From NCBI GenBank assembly GCA_030390025.1, contig CM059453.1, positions 6,092,982 to 6,140,000 on the forward strand: DNA of 47,019 bases, given 5' to 3'. Position numbers and translations under genes: made by a program. This DNA is from Squalus acanthias. Taxonomy: Eukaryota. This document shows, in pieces, positions 46,401 through 47,019 of this stretch. Under the pieces are notes generated by a model. The model had not been told where the DNA came from and did not search any database. It saw only the letters and a program-made list of their open reading frames with translations. Position 1 is the first letter of the stretch, and each line of letters starts with the position of its first letter.

Positions 46401-46750
46401 CCTCGGGTTTGAGAGGAGCTGTAGTAATATATTATATGTCAGAATATTATAGAATATCATATTCAAACGAGGGAAATATGTATAATATCATATGATTGTA
46501 TACAAGGTACTAACTGATACGATTTTATATTTAGCGTTATTTTTGAATATACATGAAGTTGCTCCCACAATAGAAACTCTTACCGATTTTACTAGATCTG
46601 ATTTGATGTTCCTTGCAACATACTTAAATCTGCTAATATTATTTTCTGATATTTAGAAAGATGGTTTGGGGAATTGGCTGTCGGAATCGGAGCAGCAGTC
46701 GTGATTTCCATTGTTCTGATTGTTATCTTTGTGGCCAGGAAGTTCATGAA
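31406..46750 (+). CDS. Gene B: five-Ig Siglec/MAG-like receptor, 3' partial; join(31406..31453?,33959..34315,37241..37564,41230..41490,43487..43744,44756..45046,46657..46750,...)
   Basis: Five phase 1-1 Ig exons (357, 324, 261, 258, 291 nt, all multiples of 3 and open) with GT..AG introns, then a TM exon. Domain order matches MAG D1-D5. Cytoplasmic exons lie beyond the window. Confidence 0.87.
32230..32600 (-). mobile_element. CR1 LINE 3' fragment
   Basis: Minus-strand ORF FFTPRVVMVWNALPE..VEANSIVAFK followed by the 3' tail. Confidence 0.85.
33077..33113 (-). ncRNA. Minimal type I hammerhead ribozyme motif (intact)
   Basis: AGUU-CUGACGA-A-AGGUC(UUC)GACCU-GAA-ACGU-U-AACU: helix I AGUU/AACU, helix II AGGUC/GACCU, palindromic ACGU helix III. 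Confidence 0.65.
33610..33646 (+). ncRNA. Minimal hammerhead ribozyme motif (helix III palindrome mutated ACGU>ACUU)
   Basis: agttctgacgaaaggtcttcgacctgaaactttaact. Confidence 0.5.
33959..34315 (+). CDS. Gene B V-set Ig exon
   Basis: TTTGTTAG acceptor, G|GTGAGT donor. GQWSVQMPKQLSVLVGSCVVIPC...YRGRS...KNCSFWIAGIRNEDEGEYYIA. Confidence 0.92.
34352..34650 (-). mobile_element. Degraded non-LTR retrotransposon-derived fragment
   Basis: ggatgcgggcgttactggcaagaccggtatttattgtccatc resembles the reverse of the 44320-44380 3' end. Confidence 0.45.
34670..35417 (+). mobile_element. ~750-bp MITE-like DNA transposon (PIF/Harbinger-like)
   Basis: TIRs GGGCCAGAAATTCGG / CCGAATTTCTGCCCC with a perfect ATT TSD; body similar to the 22195 element. 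Confidence 0.8.
36656..37122 (+). mobile_element. Full-length SacSINE1-like DeuSINE
   Basis: tRNA-like head, Deu-domain-like body (ggctgacactccagtgcag...ggacgtaaaggatcccatgg...cgaagaagag), tail gtaaagcgctttgag...aaggcgctatataaatgca. Confidence 0.8.
37241..37564 (+). CDS. Gene B Ig domain 2 exon
   Basis: TTATAG acceptor, GTAAGT donor. KPNISVTEEIIAGQAVTVTCSLVQSCPD...SSVLTF...HDGKMLGC. Confidence 0.92.
38940..39925 (+). mobile_element. Old CR1 LINE fragment interrupted by a short LTR
   Basis: FVDDT, KCEEIHFG and MWNLLP..VVQADSIVA motifs; tail gaatgacctgtttctgtgctg. Confidence 0.65.
39330..39557 (+). mobile_element. Short solo LTR (228 bp)
   Basis: TGAC...GTCA termini, perfect 5-bp TSD AGGGG, internal TATAAATA and ATTAAA. 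Confidence 0.8.
40796..41024 (-). mobile_element. Second copy of the same short solo LTR (229 bp), inverted
   Basis: Reverse complement of 39330..39557, with its own perfect 5-bp TSD ACCAG. Confidence 0.8.
41230..41490 (+). CDS. Gene B Ig domain 3 exon
   Basis: AACAG acceptor, GTGAGC donor. YPPSKPMVNSSLTVREGSSILIYC...W...DEAEYQCEAKNQHG. Confidence 0.92.
41675..42415 (-). mobile_element. ~740-bp MITE-like DNA transposon (PIF/Harbinger-like)
   Basis: ~21-bp imperfect TIR GGGCCAAAAATTGATCCCGCT / AGCGAGATCAATTTCTGGGCC, perfect ATT TSD. Confidence 0.8.
43487..43744 (+). CDS. Gene B Ig domain 4 exon
   Basis: TTTCAG acceptor, GTAAGT donor. YAPRKPVANLSIVTLEGSSFFIYC...EDGQYWCTAENYLG, like MAG D4 (YAPWKP...EDDGEYWCVAENQYG). 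Confidence 0.92.
43860..44382 (+). mobile_element. Non-LTR retrotransposon (CR1-group) ORF2 C-terminus and 3' end
   Basis: LAWMSAAPTTLKMLDTIQGKAARLIG...HSLHHRRTVAAVCTIYKMH...SWNTLP; related fragments at 7800 (-) and ~46180..46400 (-). Confidence 0.85.
44756..45046 (+). CDS. Gene B Ig domain 5 exon (MAG D5-like)
   Basis: TATAG acceptor, CAG|GTAACT donor. YPPRIVEQPHCARAQNSITCACTMKANPP...STLTL...VSCYGTNKHG. Confidence 0.9.
45421..46118 (-). mobile_element. Possible solo LTR (~700 bp)
   Basis: TG...CA termini (TGTGATA / ATTCTCA); on the minus strand TATATAA then AATAAA ~100 bp from the end; no clean TSD found. Confidence 0.4.
46657..46750 (+). CDS. Gene B transmembrane exon (ERWFGELAVGIGAAVVISIVLIVIFVARKFMK)
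   Basis: TTTAG acceptor, AA|GTAAGT donor (phase 2), 94 nt; hydrophobic stretch then RK. Confidence 0.88.
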
Positions 46751-47019
46751 GTAAGTGTTGTTTCGCGATTATAATTACTGTTATACTTAACCCGTAAAAT
46801 CTAACACGCTGCCTGTTAGCTTGATTCAGTTGCAGCAACTCTGGTTTAAATGGACAACAGCAGATCGAATTTCTCAAATTAATATTATCTCCAGCACCTG
46901 TAAATTAATGTATTACATATTAACTGAATGAAAGTAGTTTGCTCACATAATAATCCTTACTCTAAGGCATTACATTCAGATTGTCACCGAACGAACGGTT
47001 AGGAGCAAATTTTGATGGA

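Noticed and set aside
33959-46750. Naming gene B as MAG (or CD22/CD33/SIGLEC1)
   Set aside because: The architecture matches MAG, but MAG is highly conserved and keeps YYFRG; this sequence is too divergent and lacks the Arg, so no symbol is assigned.
13827-46750. Paired activating/inhibitory receptor system
   Set aside because: Neither TM core has a Lys/Arg for DAP12/FcRg association, and gene B's tail is outside the window.

Overview
This is eukaryotic genomic DNA, most likely from a cartilaginous fish (shark). The repeat content points that way: SacSINE1/DeuSINE-type SINEs, abundant CR1 LINEs, and Penelope-like and Tx1-like fragments. The window holds two tandem + strand, intron-containing genes for Siglec/MAG(Siglec-4)-like type I Ig-superfamily receptors, reconstructed by hand from splice sites and reading phase. 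Gene A (CDS 7219..17290, 8 coding exons) has leader, V-set, 3 C2-type Ig, TM and a tail with two ITIMs plus a C-terminal ITIM-like motif. Gene B (31406..>46750, runs off the window) has leader, V-set, 4 C2-type Ig and TM. Both keep the Siglec cysteine pattern but lack the essential sialic-acid-binding arginine (Asn in A, Ala in B). As assembled, each gene has a 1-nt phase defect repairable in a homopolymer, so either an assembly error or pseudogenisation. The rest is repeats: CR1 fragments, TIR elements with 3-bp AWT TSDs, solo LTRs with TSDs, a ~2 kb tandem duplication directly upstream of gene B, a 700-bp Penelope-type palindrome with minimal hammerhead ribozyme motifs, minisatellites and a 188-N gap. 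Most ORFs in the supplied track are spurious or TE-derived. Repeat family names come from recall, not a database search.
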